The notes beneath the pieces are model-generated. The model was not told the origin of the DNA and did not search any database. It saw only the letters and a list, made by a program, of their open reading frames with translations. Both the position numbers and the translations under genes were made by a program. From the NCBI GenBank assembly GCA_973895155.1, contig OZ316893.1:26965283-27029282 (forward strand): a stretch of DNA of 64,000 nucleotides, in the 5' to 3' direction. Positions 38,116-50,400 of this stretch are shown here, in pieces. Within the stretch, counting starts at the first letter, position 1. Every line of letters begins with the position of its first letter. This DNA comes from Marsupella aquatica (Eukaryota; Plantae; Marchantiophyta).

Positions 38116-40151
38116 TTGCGGGGGCGCGTGTTGTGGTGGTTTTTCTCGTTGTCGTTGTTCATTTGGATGTCGGAAAGCTGCGTTTAGCTTAGTTGGGTGG
38201 CTTGTTGGTTTGGCGGCCTGGCCCGCCTGCGTCTGGCCTGTTTGCCGCCTTTGCGCTTTGAGCAAAGAAAGGTGCTGAAGAATTCAAGAGAGGAGGGGGG
38301 AGGAGACTTTCCTGGCTCCGGATTTTGTGGCGAGGAAGGATTGGGAGGGGAGGTAAAGTTGTGTCTGACTACTTGCCTGCTGCCTTGGTGCTTTTTCTTT
38401 GAACAGGAGGGGCGGTAGGGCCGATTGACTCAGCGAGGGCCTGATTTGGTGAGGGGAGGCGAGGTGAGGTGAGATGGTGTCGTCCAGTGATCCATAATTG
38501 CTCGATTCCGGTGGAGGGGGGGGGACACGCCGCCCGTGCTGCTTTTGCTGCTGCCTTTGACCCCTGGGAATGCGAGATGGTCTTGGTTGGCTGCTGGTGT
38601 TGGCGGTTCTTTTTTTGGACTGCTCCTCTTCCTTCCATAGGTTCTAGCAGGAGGGAGGAATTTCTTTGGTGTATGTCGTGCGTCGTGATTGCGACACTTT
38701 CCTCGTCTCCGCTTTCGAGTCTCTTGTTCCCTCCCTCAGAGATGGCTTGCTACGTCCGGGGTCAGAGTGTCGAAAGAAAAAATAATTGTCCGAGGGACGA
38801 CAGCTACCTTTTGTTCATGCGCACGTAGCGTAGCGGAGCGGTTGAGATGGATTATCTTGTCGGGCGGCCAAGGGGAATGTGTTCGAGGGGGATGAGCAGC
38901 AGCGGAGCTCGTTTTCATCCCCTGTGCACGGTTAACGGCGTGCGAGAAGTGGGGCGTATCAATCATGTAGCTATTGACGGGAGAATGTGGAAGCAAGACA
39001 GGTTGTGACCTGTACAACAATGCCTGAGCAGAGAGTAGAACAGAGCCACGGAAGCGCGGATGAATCAGATGCGTGTGAGGGTCAGCATTGCTGTTGGCAT
39101 GATGAGAGTCACGAGATAGGATTCGCAAAGTAGTGCGAATTTGTCAATTTTCTGGTGAAGCAGGGGATGATTAATTGATTGCTACGCTGCTGCGGCTAGC
39201 GACTCGCACCTACTCACCTCGTTCAAGATCCGGACCATGAGCTGCACAGTCTGCCCCTGACGAGCTGATGAATGGGGGAGAGGAAAGGGAATCGGTAGAC
39301 AGTTGCCCTGGATGTCCGAGTTTCTTTCTAGAATCAAGGCCCGCCTTGAAACCGGCCAGCATCTCAACTCTACTTCATCCGAAGACCCAGGTCCTTTCTC
39401 CTCTTTTTTCTCTTTCCCTTTGTCCGGTCAGCAGCCCGCACCATACTATGTAGACCTGTACTATTCTTTAAAATCGAAACAATCGATTGCGCGGTTCGGT
39501 CGTTGGAAGTGCCACATCTGTTACGTACCGTTTGTATGTGGCGGCGCAGAAATGGTAGTCGAAATCCTGAAGCCCTTAAAATCAAATATGAGAATTGGGA
39601 AATTCCTTCGCTTGAAACCTTCGTGAGCCATTGTAGATCTCTTGAGTATCGACAGATCTGCTTGCAAAAGAACTAGTAGCCAATAACGTCGCGCATAGCG
39701 TCCGAAGCTGCAGAATTAATTTTCACCTTCTTTGGTGAAACCTTCTATCCTGCATTCTTACATTCTTCGTCCCCTTTTTGGCGTTTCCGAAGCTCCGACT
39801 CTTGGCTCTTCATCTCCGTTTCCCGTGTTCCGACTTTTGGATCTTCGTCTACTTAGGACGGGACCGTTCTTGAATCTCCTGTTGTGAAAGCTCGAGGAAC
39901 AGCGCACGACGGCTTGTATTGGAAACTCACCGTACCTGGCAGGTGGAGACTCTGCGAGCTCAGAGCACTGCGTGAATGACATCTTTGCAGTCAATTGTTC
40001 TCTTCCCGCGAGTGGCATGGACTCGGCGGGATGAACCTATCAGCAGCAAGAATGGCCGGAACGCCCAGTAATGCGTTCCGTAGAGAATGTTGGCAGGAGG
40101 TTTACCTTCCAGGCCCAAGCCGGGAGATCCCCGGCGAAATTACCCTGGAGA

Positions 40152-40330
40152 TTTCCTTTAACCCGATTGAGACAATCGCTGCTAGTGGATTTCTCCTCCA
40201 GAGCACTGAATCATTTCAAAAGCCCAGTGGGCATCTCAGTTTTCCTTTAACCCGATTGAGACAATCGCTGCTAGTGGATTTCTCTTCCAGAGCACTGAAT
40301 CATTTCAAAAGCCCAGTGGGCATCTCAGTT
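40152..40330. repeat. Near-perfect 89-bp tandem duplication
   Basis: TTTCCTTTAACCCGATTGAGACAATCGC... occurs at 40152 and 40241. Confidence 0.95.
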
Positions 40331-41477
40331 GTAAATTGAGCTTCTAATTGCTTCGTCCTGTTTAAATACTAGGCATTTGGCAGAGCACATTGTCTGTTCA
40401 TCACAAACCAGGAGTTTGCCACAATTCTCGCGCTTGCTCCTGGGGGACGAACATTCTCAAAGGTTGAGCCGCTTTTGCAATCTAAGTTCGGGAGGGTACC
40501 TGGTGGGCACCGTAATTTAGCTATGCCCTTCCCCCTGAGAAAAACATATGCCACACTATACATTATCAGAGCTGGAGAATCGAGTCAGAAACTCATCAAT
40601 ATTGTACCCGCTTTTTGTCTTTGACCGATGATTACAACAACACAACCTTTCCTTGACACTTTTAGCTTTATCTATATTGTTTGCGAAGAGCCGTTCTCTG
40701 GGCCAAGAACGCTCCATGCGTTGAATGGATGCGTATCAGAGCTGTCCCTGCTTCTTCACACTCAATCCCATTTTCGAAGGTGTTGAACCTAATCTATTAT
40801 TTAACGTTGTTAACGGGGAGTGGTGGTATATGCTGCACATCTTTTCTTCACGACTCTCTTTTCTTAAAGCAGGGAACAAGAAGAAGAAAGACGCTCCGTA
40901 CAATCAACGGTTTTTTCTTCGTGTTCTCAACGAATTCTCGTAAATGGACAAGTCTTTGGAGGTTTACCCTGCAATTCGAAAATTAATTCGTGGATGGAGC
41001 ATATTGTCTGATGATATAGTACCTCTGTGGCTTAGACACGAGCCTCTTTGAACCCTAGGCTACACCTTACCGCATCAGTTTCTCTGCACAGAGGTGGGGA
41101 GAATCCGTGGATTGTGCGAACAACCTTTGACTTTAGGAAGATGGAATCGTCCTGCGAATATTTGGCTCTCTTTTCTCTGACCTTCAATCAATCTTTCGTC
41201 TCCTGTGCAGGATGGGTAAGAGTAGTGGTGGCGAGCATTGGGAAAGTAAGCTTTCTTTTCCGCGCCTTGGAAGGAGTTGTATGAGAGAACCTTGTAACGC
41301 TTTTTTTTCTATCTGTAATCTACTATAATAGTGATTGCGTCGCCCTATCTCTTATGTATATGGTCTGGAAGAGAAACCATCTTCTCTTTTTCTGGTTTAA
41401 CTTCGTGATATTTTTAAACCATTGGATTCTGTTCGAAACCCTCAGAAATTCGATCTGAACTATCTTCGTGATCTCAG

Positions 41478-44400
41478 GACCGACAGGAGACCCAAGACAG
41501 CCTGAAGAGGGAAGCTGCCTCTCCAGAGGTGATAAACGGCTGGCAGACAGATCTGGTACAGAGGATGAAGGTGGTAGGATTTGGTTCTCAAGATGGGAAA
41601 GATTTGCCACTCAATTTGACGTTATCAGGGGGCAGTAACGATTCAGATGATATTTCACCTCGAAGAGCCTCACAAAGACTCTGGGAGACGGGAACTCTCG
41701 AGTCAAGGATACCCAACGGATTTTACTCTGTTGTTCCTGTGAGTTTTATGGCAATGCTATATACGCTCCTCACCTTGCTCTCGATTTTAGTAGTATTTCA
41801 GCCAGCTGGTCGCTGGGAACGTTATTATCGTGGATTGGATACAGATATCTGTTTAAAGACGTATAAATTAGTTGACTACTGATGCCTTCCACCCAATTTC
41901 CTCGGTCTGTACAGAATAGAAACTCTAGAATCTGATCAAGTGAGCTTCAATTGCTGCCGTTGGGACTAGGCTGCTTGTTAAGGAGTTCTAATGTCGTACG
42001 GGTGTGGCCACGCTGTCGGGTCTCGATGGACTTTCCGGGTCTAAAATACTTAGCCATGGTCTAAGGTTGGAGATGGGTGGCCGAGAAACAATCATTAAAT
42101 TTGGTAGATTATATGGTTTGAGAGTGCTTCTGTCATGAAGCCTGATGGTTCTAACTAATGGCGGGCGTAGACTAAGCCTTGCTGAAATTGCTACGTGGTC
42201 CTATCAGAAATAGTTCAATAAATCTTCTTGTCCCCTTCTTGGAAATGTGTTAGAATTTGCTTCACCGGCAAACTGACGATACCTACTTGTGCAATTGTTG
42301 CAGAGTAAGAATCTGAAAGCTCGGTTTAAGACCATTCCAAGTTTTGATGAACTGAAAAGTTTGGGAGCAGAAAGTTTCACAGCAAATGTATTGGTGGTTG
42401 ATGCAAACGAGGACAAAATATTAGCCAGATTAAGGGAACTAGCGGTATCCTCTGTGAAGAATACTGAAACAAGTCCGCCAGTTATAATAAAGATGATAGC
42501 GGACATGGTGAGTTTTTATCTCTGATATCCAGTTGCTACTTATATCTAGTGCCTTACTTTCTCTTCTTCTTGGGTCAATGCATATGAAGCTCATAAGTAC
42601 TTGTATCAACTTTTCCTCGTGGAGAGTCCTCTGCTACGAAGACTGGAAGAAGACCCACGTTTTTGCTTTAGTATAATAATCGATGTTCTTTGGATACTTC
42701 TCCAAGTAATTTTCAATTTCAGGAAGTTTCCAACTATAGCTTTTCCTTCCTAGCAGCCGCTATTTTTCGCAAAAGTTGGATGTTTCCCTTATTGACAAGA
42801 GCTGAGCAACCAAACGGATGTCTACCTTAAAAGTTTATACAACCAAGAAGATAGCTGTTCGGTCTGCTCATGTTAACTTAGACCTTATACACGACAGTGA
42901 CTCGCTCTTTAGTGTATCTGTGAGAAGGCCTGAGACTAAATGTACGTTGCAATTAATCAAGAATTGGTCATTCTGGGAGGCAGGTTGCAGACTTCTATGG
43001 TGGTCCTTTATTTGAAGCAGGCGTTTTCAAGCACCCAGTGGATGAAACTCTTGCGACGTCGTCTCCTCAGCTTTTGGGCCACATTAAAGTTGGAATGTGC
43101 CGTCCGCGTGCTCTACTGTTCAAATTTCTGGGAGATGCCGTTGGGCTGCACAGCCGACTTCTGATGGTAAGGATGATTATCCACTTGTTCCTTCAAATTT
43201 TCGAAGCGTATGTATAGTCTGAGATGCAATATCTCGTAGGCTATTTGGGCGTTATTCTTGACGTAAATTGCGCAAAACCTCAGAGGCGCTCGAGCTCGCG
43301 AGTAACCAAGGCGAAGGAAGTAGTGATCTTCCCAGGTTAATAGACAAGGCGCATCTCATCAATCTATACAAGTAACATTGTGGAGATGGACTGTTTCGCA
43401 GTTGTTGTACAGTAAACATTGCGATCGAATTCATGGTTTTCGTCTTTGTTGAACACAGGGTCTGCAATTGGAGGCAGTTTCAAGCAGCTCGCTTATTTGT
43501 GCCAATCCAAACAAGCATCTTTCAAATATTGTGTGCTTGAATGATATGGAACTGCTCGTCGATGTCACACGGCATCCGGGTCATTTGAGACCATTTTCAA
43601 GAAAAGCTTTGATAATGTATCATATCTCGGGAGCAGGCGACAGTGATTCTGCGGACTATGATTCGTGTGACTCGCCTTTAGAGCCAAACAGCCCACTCTT
43701 TGGCTATCCAGACAGACCGGACTCTGAGAGGTAATATAGTTAAAGCTTTTCGGCTTGTTCAAATTGTTCATGGCTCCTATAGATTGCAGATCAATGGAAG
43801 TATTATAATTCGACTCTGTTTCTGGTCTATCCTGTGCGTAAACTAAGTGGGGTAGACAAATGAGTGTTTTGATGATAGTGTCTCCAGCTTGGTGAAGGTA
43901 AATTTTTGGGGATTTGCGCCCTTTACCTCTTGATGCACTGTGGTCACTGGATAGCAACACATAGAAAAGAAAGGGATCCTTTGCGAACATGAGCCCAGTG
44001 TAACCGGTTAATTGTAGGGCTGCTCAGAAATGTTATTGATTGGTCCCAGCGAATTCCACCGTTAGTATTCTCGTCCTCTTGAGTATCACCTGCGGGCTCT
44101 AGTTCAGTCATAAGCTGCTTGGGTTGAAAGGCCCCACTACCATCATCAACAGTTAAATGCGCTGTACCTGCTGTGCTAATCACCTTCGGAGTTGTCTACG
44201 AACTAGTTAAAGCAGTGGCTACGACGTACATCCATGTAGACGAGCAGAATGGTTGCGCACCTGCTGCTATCAAAGGGAGTTTACATTTTTCCGGCGATCC
44301 TGAAAAGGATACGGAATACATGGCTCTGGTTATTCGTTTTCAAAGATATCCTGGAAGAAAACTGAAGCGAGGGTTAGGCTTTTGGTGTAGGTGGTCGTGA

Positions 44401-47400
44401 AACGCTTAGGTTTTAACACTCTTTTCGCTTAATTGGTTTAGTTTAGTGCATATGTCAGAATCCGGGAAATAGCATATGTTGATCCATCAATCGTTGTCGT
44501 AAGAATTCTTGTGTAGAAATTCTGCTCTCGCGAATGAAATCCCCTGTGGTGTGGCGATTTAAACAGTAGAAAATGAGTTAGTCGTATGTCCCAAAGTCCC
44601 TTGAACGACCTGTACCAGCAGGCTATCGGCATTTAGTTCAGATCTTCATCTGATCTCAAAGGTCGTTCAACCACACGTACAACAAACACAGCCAAGAAAA
44701 TCAAATAGGCCAGAAAGTAAGCGAACAAACGCAGACTCACATTTCCCAAACTCTCCTTTCATGCACAACTAAAGTACATAGCACAGATAGCTCTCTATCG
44801 CCAAAACTTGATGACAAGTTCCCATTTGGCAAAATGGTACATCCCTGCATACTATGTTTCAGTTGATGTTCTTTTTGTATTGTGATTCTGTAAATTGTCT
44901 TGGCTGCACGTTGGTGTCTCCCGGAATGGTCTTTTTGGTTGTCCTAACCAATTTTTTAATGACCAACGTGCAGTCTGGATCACGAATTTTTGGACAGTCC
45001 TGGCAGACCACTTCAGAGAAGGCAACCTTCTCCTGTCACTGCAACTCCTATCCACACTGTGATCTTACGACTGCCTGTTGGTCAAGAGGGGAAACTGAGG
45101 TGAACTCCGGCTTTCTGGTCTTTTCTGAGTACATTTAGATGCAAACCACTGTTTGGCGTTGGCAGTGTTTGATTACTCTCATTGCTCGTACTGTATTACT
45201 GAGCATTGTAGGTGTTTACATGAAAGAAGAGTCAGCTTCTCTATAACAGAGGACTGGTGCAGTTTGATCGTTTGAGTCTGGGGATCATTTGTCCTCTGAC
45301 TCGGAACCAATTTGTGCAGCTGCCTTGCCATGCTTATGTTCTGTGCATCTGATGAGGTTCCAGGTGGAAGTGTCCCGCGTCTTGGAAGTGTAATGCTTTC
45401 TGTTCATCTTATGTATAGTTCCCCCTCCAATTTTTAGGAGAGAAAACTCAGGCTTCCGAATGCGCTCGCTAAGGGAGTCGACATTTCACTTTGGTCTTCC
45501 CGAATCTCATGTCATTTCTCAACTAATTTGTTTGCAGTCCGTCTCGAAGTGAGCCAGACCTAGCCAATCCATACCGTAGACGCAGTCGAAGGAAGGCCAT
45601 GACAAATGAGCGTGCAGCTGCCTTCAGGTGGGTTTATTCCTGGTGATGGAGGCTCACTTGATGCCGGGGAAGCTCTTTCTTTACTAGAAGATACCTTATG
45701 AGTCTCAAGCGCTTGCAAGGTAACTGGGCAATTTCTGGTGGGCACTGTTACAAGTGGACCCATTTACAAGCAAGGGGCAACTGTGAAATTGTAAGACGAG
45801 GGTGAACTGAAGCCAATGCTATGGCAGCATTCCTCACTTTCATTTGAACATGTCAGTCATCGCAGGACCAGGCTTAAGCTTGGTTGTGGTCGGTAGGGGG
45901 CAGCATCAAAGTTGAAGCACCCATGCTTGAACTTTGGTGTAATGGAAATTTTTAGGGAGTGGATTTCTTTATTAGATACTCCCGCTTTTCCGAGAGGTTA
46001 ATTTGATTTGTGTTCTCATTGGAGACATTTTCTGTTGTCTACTCGCTTCTATTCCGAGGCAGGTTTATTCTGATCCAAACTATAACGGTTGCAGGGGAAT
46101 AATCTCTTTTTGGTGGTCTGTGTTGTAAACAGCCCTGAACGTCCAGTTGGATTCCAGCAGCCGATAAGGAGGTCCAACACAGAGGGGGTTCGCAGTTTTC
46201 CTTCAAGGTACGTCTGTTTCTCATAATGATCTCCAAATGCTGGATAGGGTCCTTCTGATCAGCACCCTAGCCCAGGACGATGTATGATGAGAAATCATAA
46301 AATGTTGGACGGGGTTCGTTGTTCGATCTCTGGGATTCCATACCGATGAATATGTTTCGTTCCAACCTGGCCACGCGAGTCAAGGACCTCAGTATGCATT
46401 CTTGGGGCTGCGTTCGTGTGTCGCTGTTTGCTTGGGCTTCGAAGGATAAATTCTTTGCTTCGAGCGTGAGTCACATTACAAGGCGGAAACTCTTCCTGTA
46501 CACAAGGTGAAAGAATCTTTGATCACTTACTGGAATTTCTCTTGACCATGCAGCCCAGAGCATCCGCAAGCTCGATTGAAGCCAATTTGGCGTGTTGGGT
46601 CAGAAGAAGGAAGCATTTCTAGGTATGGTGCATACGTATCGCAAGTCACTAGGTGTAGCTTTTGCTCTTAATCAAGGAAGCATTTATTGTGCAGCCAATG
46701 GTCGGATTGGAAATAACGTCTCCTCAAGGATGTATATGCTAAGTTTTGCGTGGATTATGTCAAGGTCAATTGCTTCTCTTGTAGCCTTCTTTTCCAAATA
46801 ACTTAGATCCTCCTCAAATATATGAACAATATGCGTAAATTTTCATTGAACCTGTTGCAAAATTATTTTTTAGCTGATTGGGCAATCTTTACATGTTTAT
46901 TTTTACTACATTCCTGGTGTAGGATGTGTACATCCTTTAAAACGCTTCAGTATAGCGATTCATGGTTGAGCTGGGTTCGAGACAGCAGGTTTTTTCGTCC
47001 TATTTCTGGAGGTATGGACTGAGTTGTGTTCAATATTTGTGCAGCAGTCCTGAACATCCTACTTTCAGGGTTCGAGCACCTTCCATGCTTGGCGGGGGTA
47101 GGCGACAAGGAGGAGACGAAGCTGACTGCAATGGTGTATCAAGGTATGAAGGTTCATCTCTCCGTCTTCCAAAAGTAAGTTTTCAACAGGTGATTTTGTC
47201 GCAGATAAGGCCACAAAATTGAACGAGAACTTTGAAATCTGATCTTACCTCCAGTTTTCAATGAAGTCTCTGTTGAGTAGGGCATTAGTTAGCGCAATCA
47301 AGTAGGATTCCATACTTTGGCAGCAGTACACTTGTGGGGTTTCAAGTTTTGATCCTGATCGCCTACCTCTGAATTGCAGCCCCGAGCAATCACCTCAACA

Positions 47401-50400
47401 CCTGTCGACGGTGGAAAAGAGTTCCCCAATGTTTAGAAGGCGGTCAGTTGCTGAAACTTTTTACAACCTAAGAGAGAAAGGAATGTGTCAGATGGTGCAT
47501 CTCATGCTAGTTGTGTAGGATTGTGAGAAATTTGGTGTCCAAAGGAAATTAATTATTCTCGACTTCCTTTCATTCGACGGATCCGAATTAATTTGAACCC
47601 TCTCTGTGCCAGCTGTTGTGCTGAGAGCACGTCTATACCTTGGAATATTAACGGGGGCAAGTATAGAAAATATTCATCATTTGATTTACGCGAACATCTG
47701 CACATGGGCACATTCTCTAGCAACCAACAAAACTAACTTTTCAGCCTGAAAACCTTCTAATCGTCCAGTATGACATCTCGAATGAATTCCTGCCTGCCTT
47801 GATATGGCCTTCATTTATCCAGTTAGGCTTGCAGACGATACGAGACAGTTTGAAGCACCTATTTTTAAAACCCTTGTTAATGCTAGCTGCATACATCTGC
47901 AAACCTGAATATATCTTTGTCTTGGAAAGTTCCATTGACTGGATCAAGTACGCGTTCGAATCTTCGGTATAACGATTTTTTTGCAGGCATTCCGTTGACG
48001 GTGAGAGGATTTGTCGGTGGTTCTTTTCACGGGCTGAATTACTTGAATGAACGGGGAAAGGAAGCGAAAAGTCCTCATTGTTGCTGCTGTTGATCTGCAA
48101 TTATGTACACAGTTATGGATAATCAGTTCTGTTCTCCATTGTTTGGTCTACTGCAGACGAGAACGTTCTTTGTCCGTTGACGTACAGAGAGATGGTCTTA
48201 ACGTCGACTATTTCCGAACTGGAGGTGAATCTGAGTTTCCCAGGTGAACAGATCTTTCTCCATTTAGCCTCTGGATCCTCTGTCCAGTTTTCCTTGGTGT
48301 AGAATTTGCGGTGTTTAATGCTGGCGAAGTTAAAAATTGAAGGAAAATGCGGACAGAAAATGTTTCTTTGATAGAAATCCTGCGCTACATTATACCGAAG
48401 CTCGCCTGGTCTTTCTTACTTAGTTCTTTACAATCCAGATGTGAAATATCTTTTCGCTGTAATGTAGTTGCTCAGTTCTTGTACAAGTGCCATTGCAATA
48501 ATTGTTTTTCTTCTTAAAGAGAACTAAATAGCAAATTTTTGATGGCTATGTAACCACTCTAGAACCCTCGTACGTAAAATATGCCTTCCTCTGACACGGC
48601 AGTGGTCAACATATTCAATGTATGGCTCTGTATTCAGGGTCAACTCCTCCCCAGATATTCGCAAATCACGAAAAAAAAGTGGTGCTCCTGAGGTTGGTGA
48701 CGATGTTGTAAGGTGTGTGTCAATAGATTTAGCCTCTTACTGTCGCAATAGTTTGCATAAGGTCGGTTTCAAGACCTGTGATGACACGCAAAGCGAAAAT
48801 AGGAATAGAGCGTTGCCAGTAGTCCTAGGAATCCTTTTTTGCTTCTCAAATATTATGTATACTATGGAACTTGATCCTGTTAGGCTTGAAGAAGACTTCT
48901 CATGTTGACAGCAAGTGACAAGTTAGTATTTCGATGGTGTAGGGCTGTCCGAGCCATGAATGAAGCCATCAAGCTGGAACGACTCAAAGTATCGTCAGAG
49001 AAGCAAAGTAAGGATGCTTTCCAACAGCGCCATTCTAAAGCATCATCGGAAATGCAAAGGAAGGACAGTTTTGAACAGGGTCAATCCAAAACATCATCAG
49101 AGCTGCGTTCTAAGGATGCCGCCAAAGAGGACCAATTGAAACCATCACGGGCGCAACGCACTAAGGATGACAGTGAACAGGATCAGTCCAAAGTATCTCC
49201 AGAGCAAGCGTCTAAGGATGCACTTGAACTGGATCGATGCAAAGGATCAATGGAGCAAAGGGCCAAGGATATTGGTGAGCCTATCGCCGGAGAGCAAAAC
49301 AGAGCTACGCAGGTATTTGATTACTTTGAAGCCTAAGATATTTATGTCCGAGCTAAAGACTCGGTAGATACTCAGATTTTTGGAATAGACATGCTTGTTG
49401 ATCGCTTGAGAAGGAGCAAGATCATCTCTATTAGTTACATTAATGGCTTAGTTGTCTAATATGTTTTTATTCAAGGTACAGCTGTGAAGATATCCTGCTA
49501 GGCTCCGCTTTTTCATAAAGAAGGGCCGTTAAGATCTGCAACACCTCATGAGACTATGGTTCACTTGCATTAGAATGACCTGGAAATATGATATGTTTTT
49601 GGTGTAAATGTTGTCCTTGGGTGCCAGGGACCACTTCCATGGGATCGTATCCACGAACGCAGCAAGAATGCTGTCACGACCTCATTTCAACATGATCGAG
49701 TATCGAATTGTGAAGAATCAGTTATTCGTTCCAACGATGGAAATGAGGGAACTACACTTGAAAGAAGTAGCGATTGTAAAACATTGTCTGGAGTTGGGAG
49801 TTCTTCATCAGAGAATGCCTCAACGACGGATACTTCTAGTCAGGCCTTAATTTTGAAGCCTCCTTCCTGGCTTCAGTCTCCTCTGATGCCATTCTCAGAA
49901 TGGAACATCAATTTTGAGGAACTGCGAATCGGTGTTCGAGTTGGAATTGGTGAGCAAGGACCATTTTGTTCCAGCTATTTTCTTGTTAAAGTCGGAACTA
50001 TTGCTCAGATACTTCTGGCCTAACTCTCTCTTGGTCAAAGTCCCTGACCTCAGAAAAAGGCCTCGACTTGGTCTTCAAGAGAGCCTTTGCACTTGTGAAG
50101 AAATACTTATGGGTATGGGATAGTTATTGATTATCCAGAACTTCGGTAGGTTTCAAGGATTCTTAATGCAGCGTGATTTAAGCATGTGATACGTTTTCAT
50201 ACAAGCAGGCTCTTTCGGGGAGGTCTTTCGCGGCGTATGGAGGGGCACTGAAGTAGCAATCAAAGTTATGCTCGAGCAGGACTTTATTGAGGAGAACACT
50301 GCAGATTTTTGCACGGAAATCGCTCTACTAAGGTTTGGAAATCTCTCATCTCCTGGTCATCATTTCACTTGTGTACATCATCCTATGATGTTATAACATT

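Noticed and set aside
37587-39128. Multiple overlapping ORFs in the GC-rich island
   Set aside because: They are low-complexity, microsatellite-driven frames typical of promoter/5'UTR DNA.
46694-46988. Extra candidate kinase exons at 46694 and 46923-46988
   Set aside because: The first has an in-frame stop. The second has a weak donor and would leave an intron of under 60 nt.
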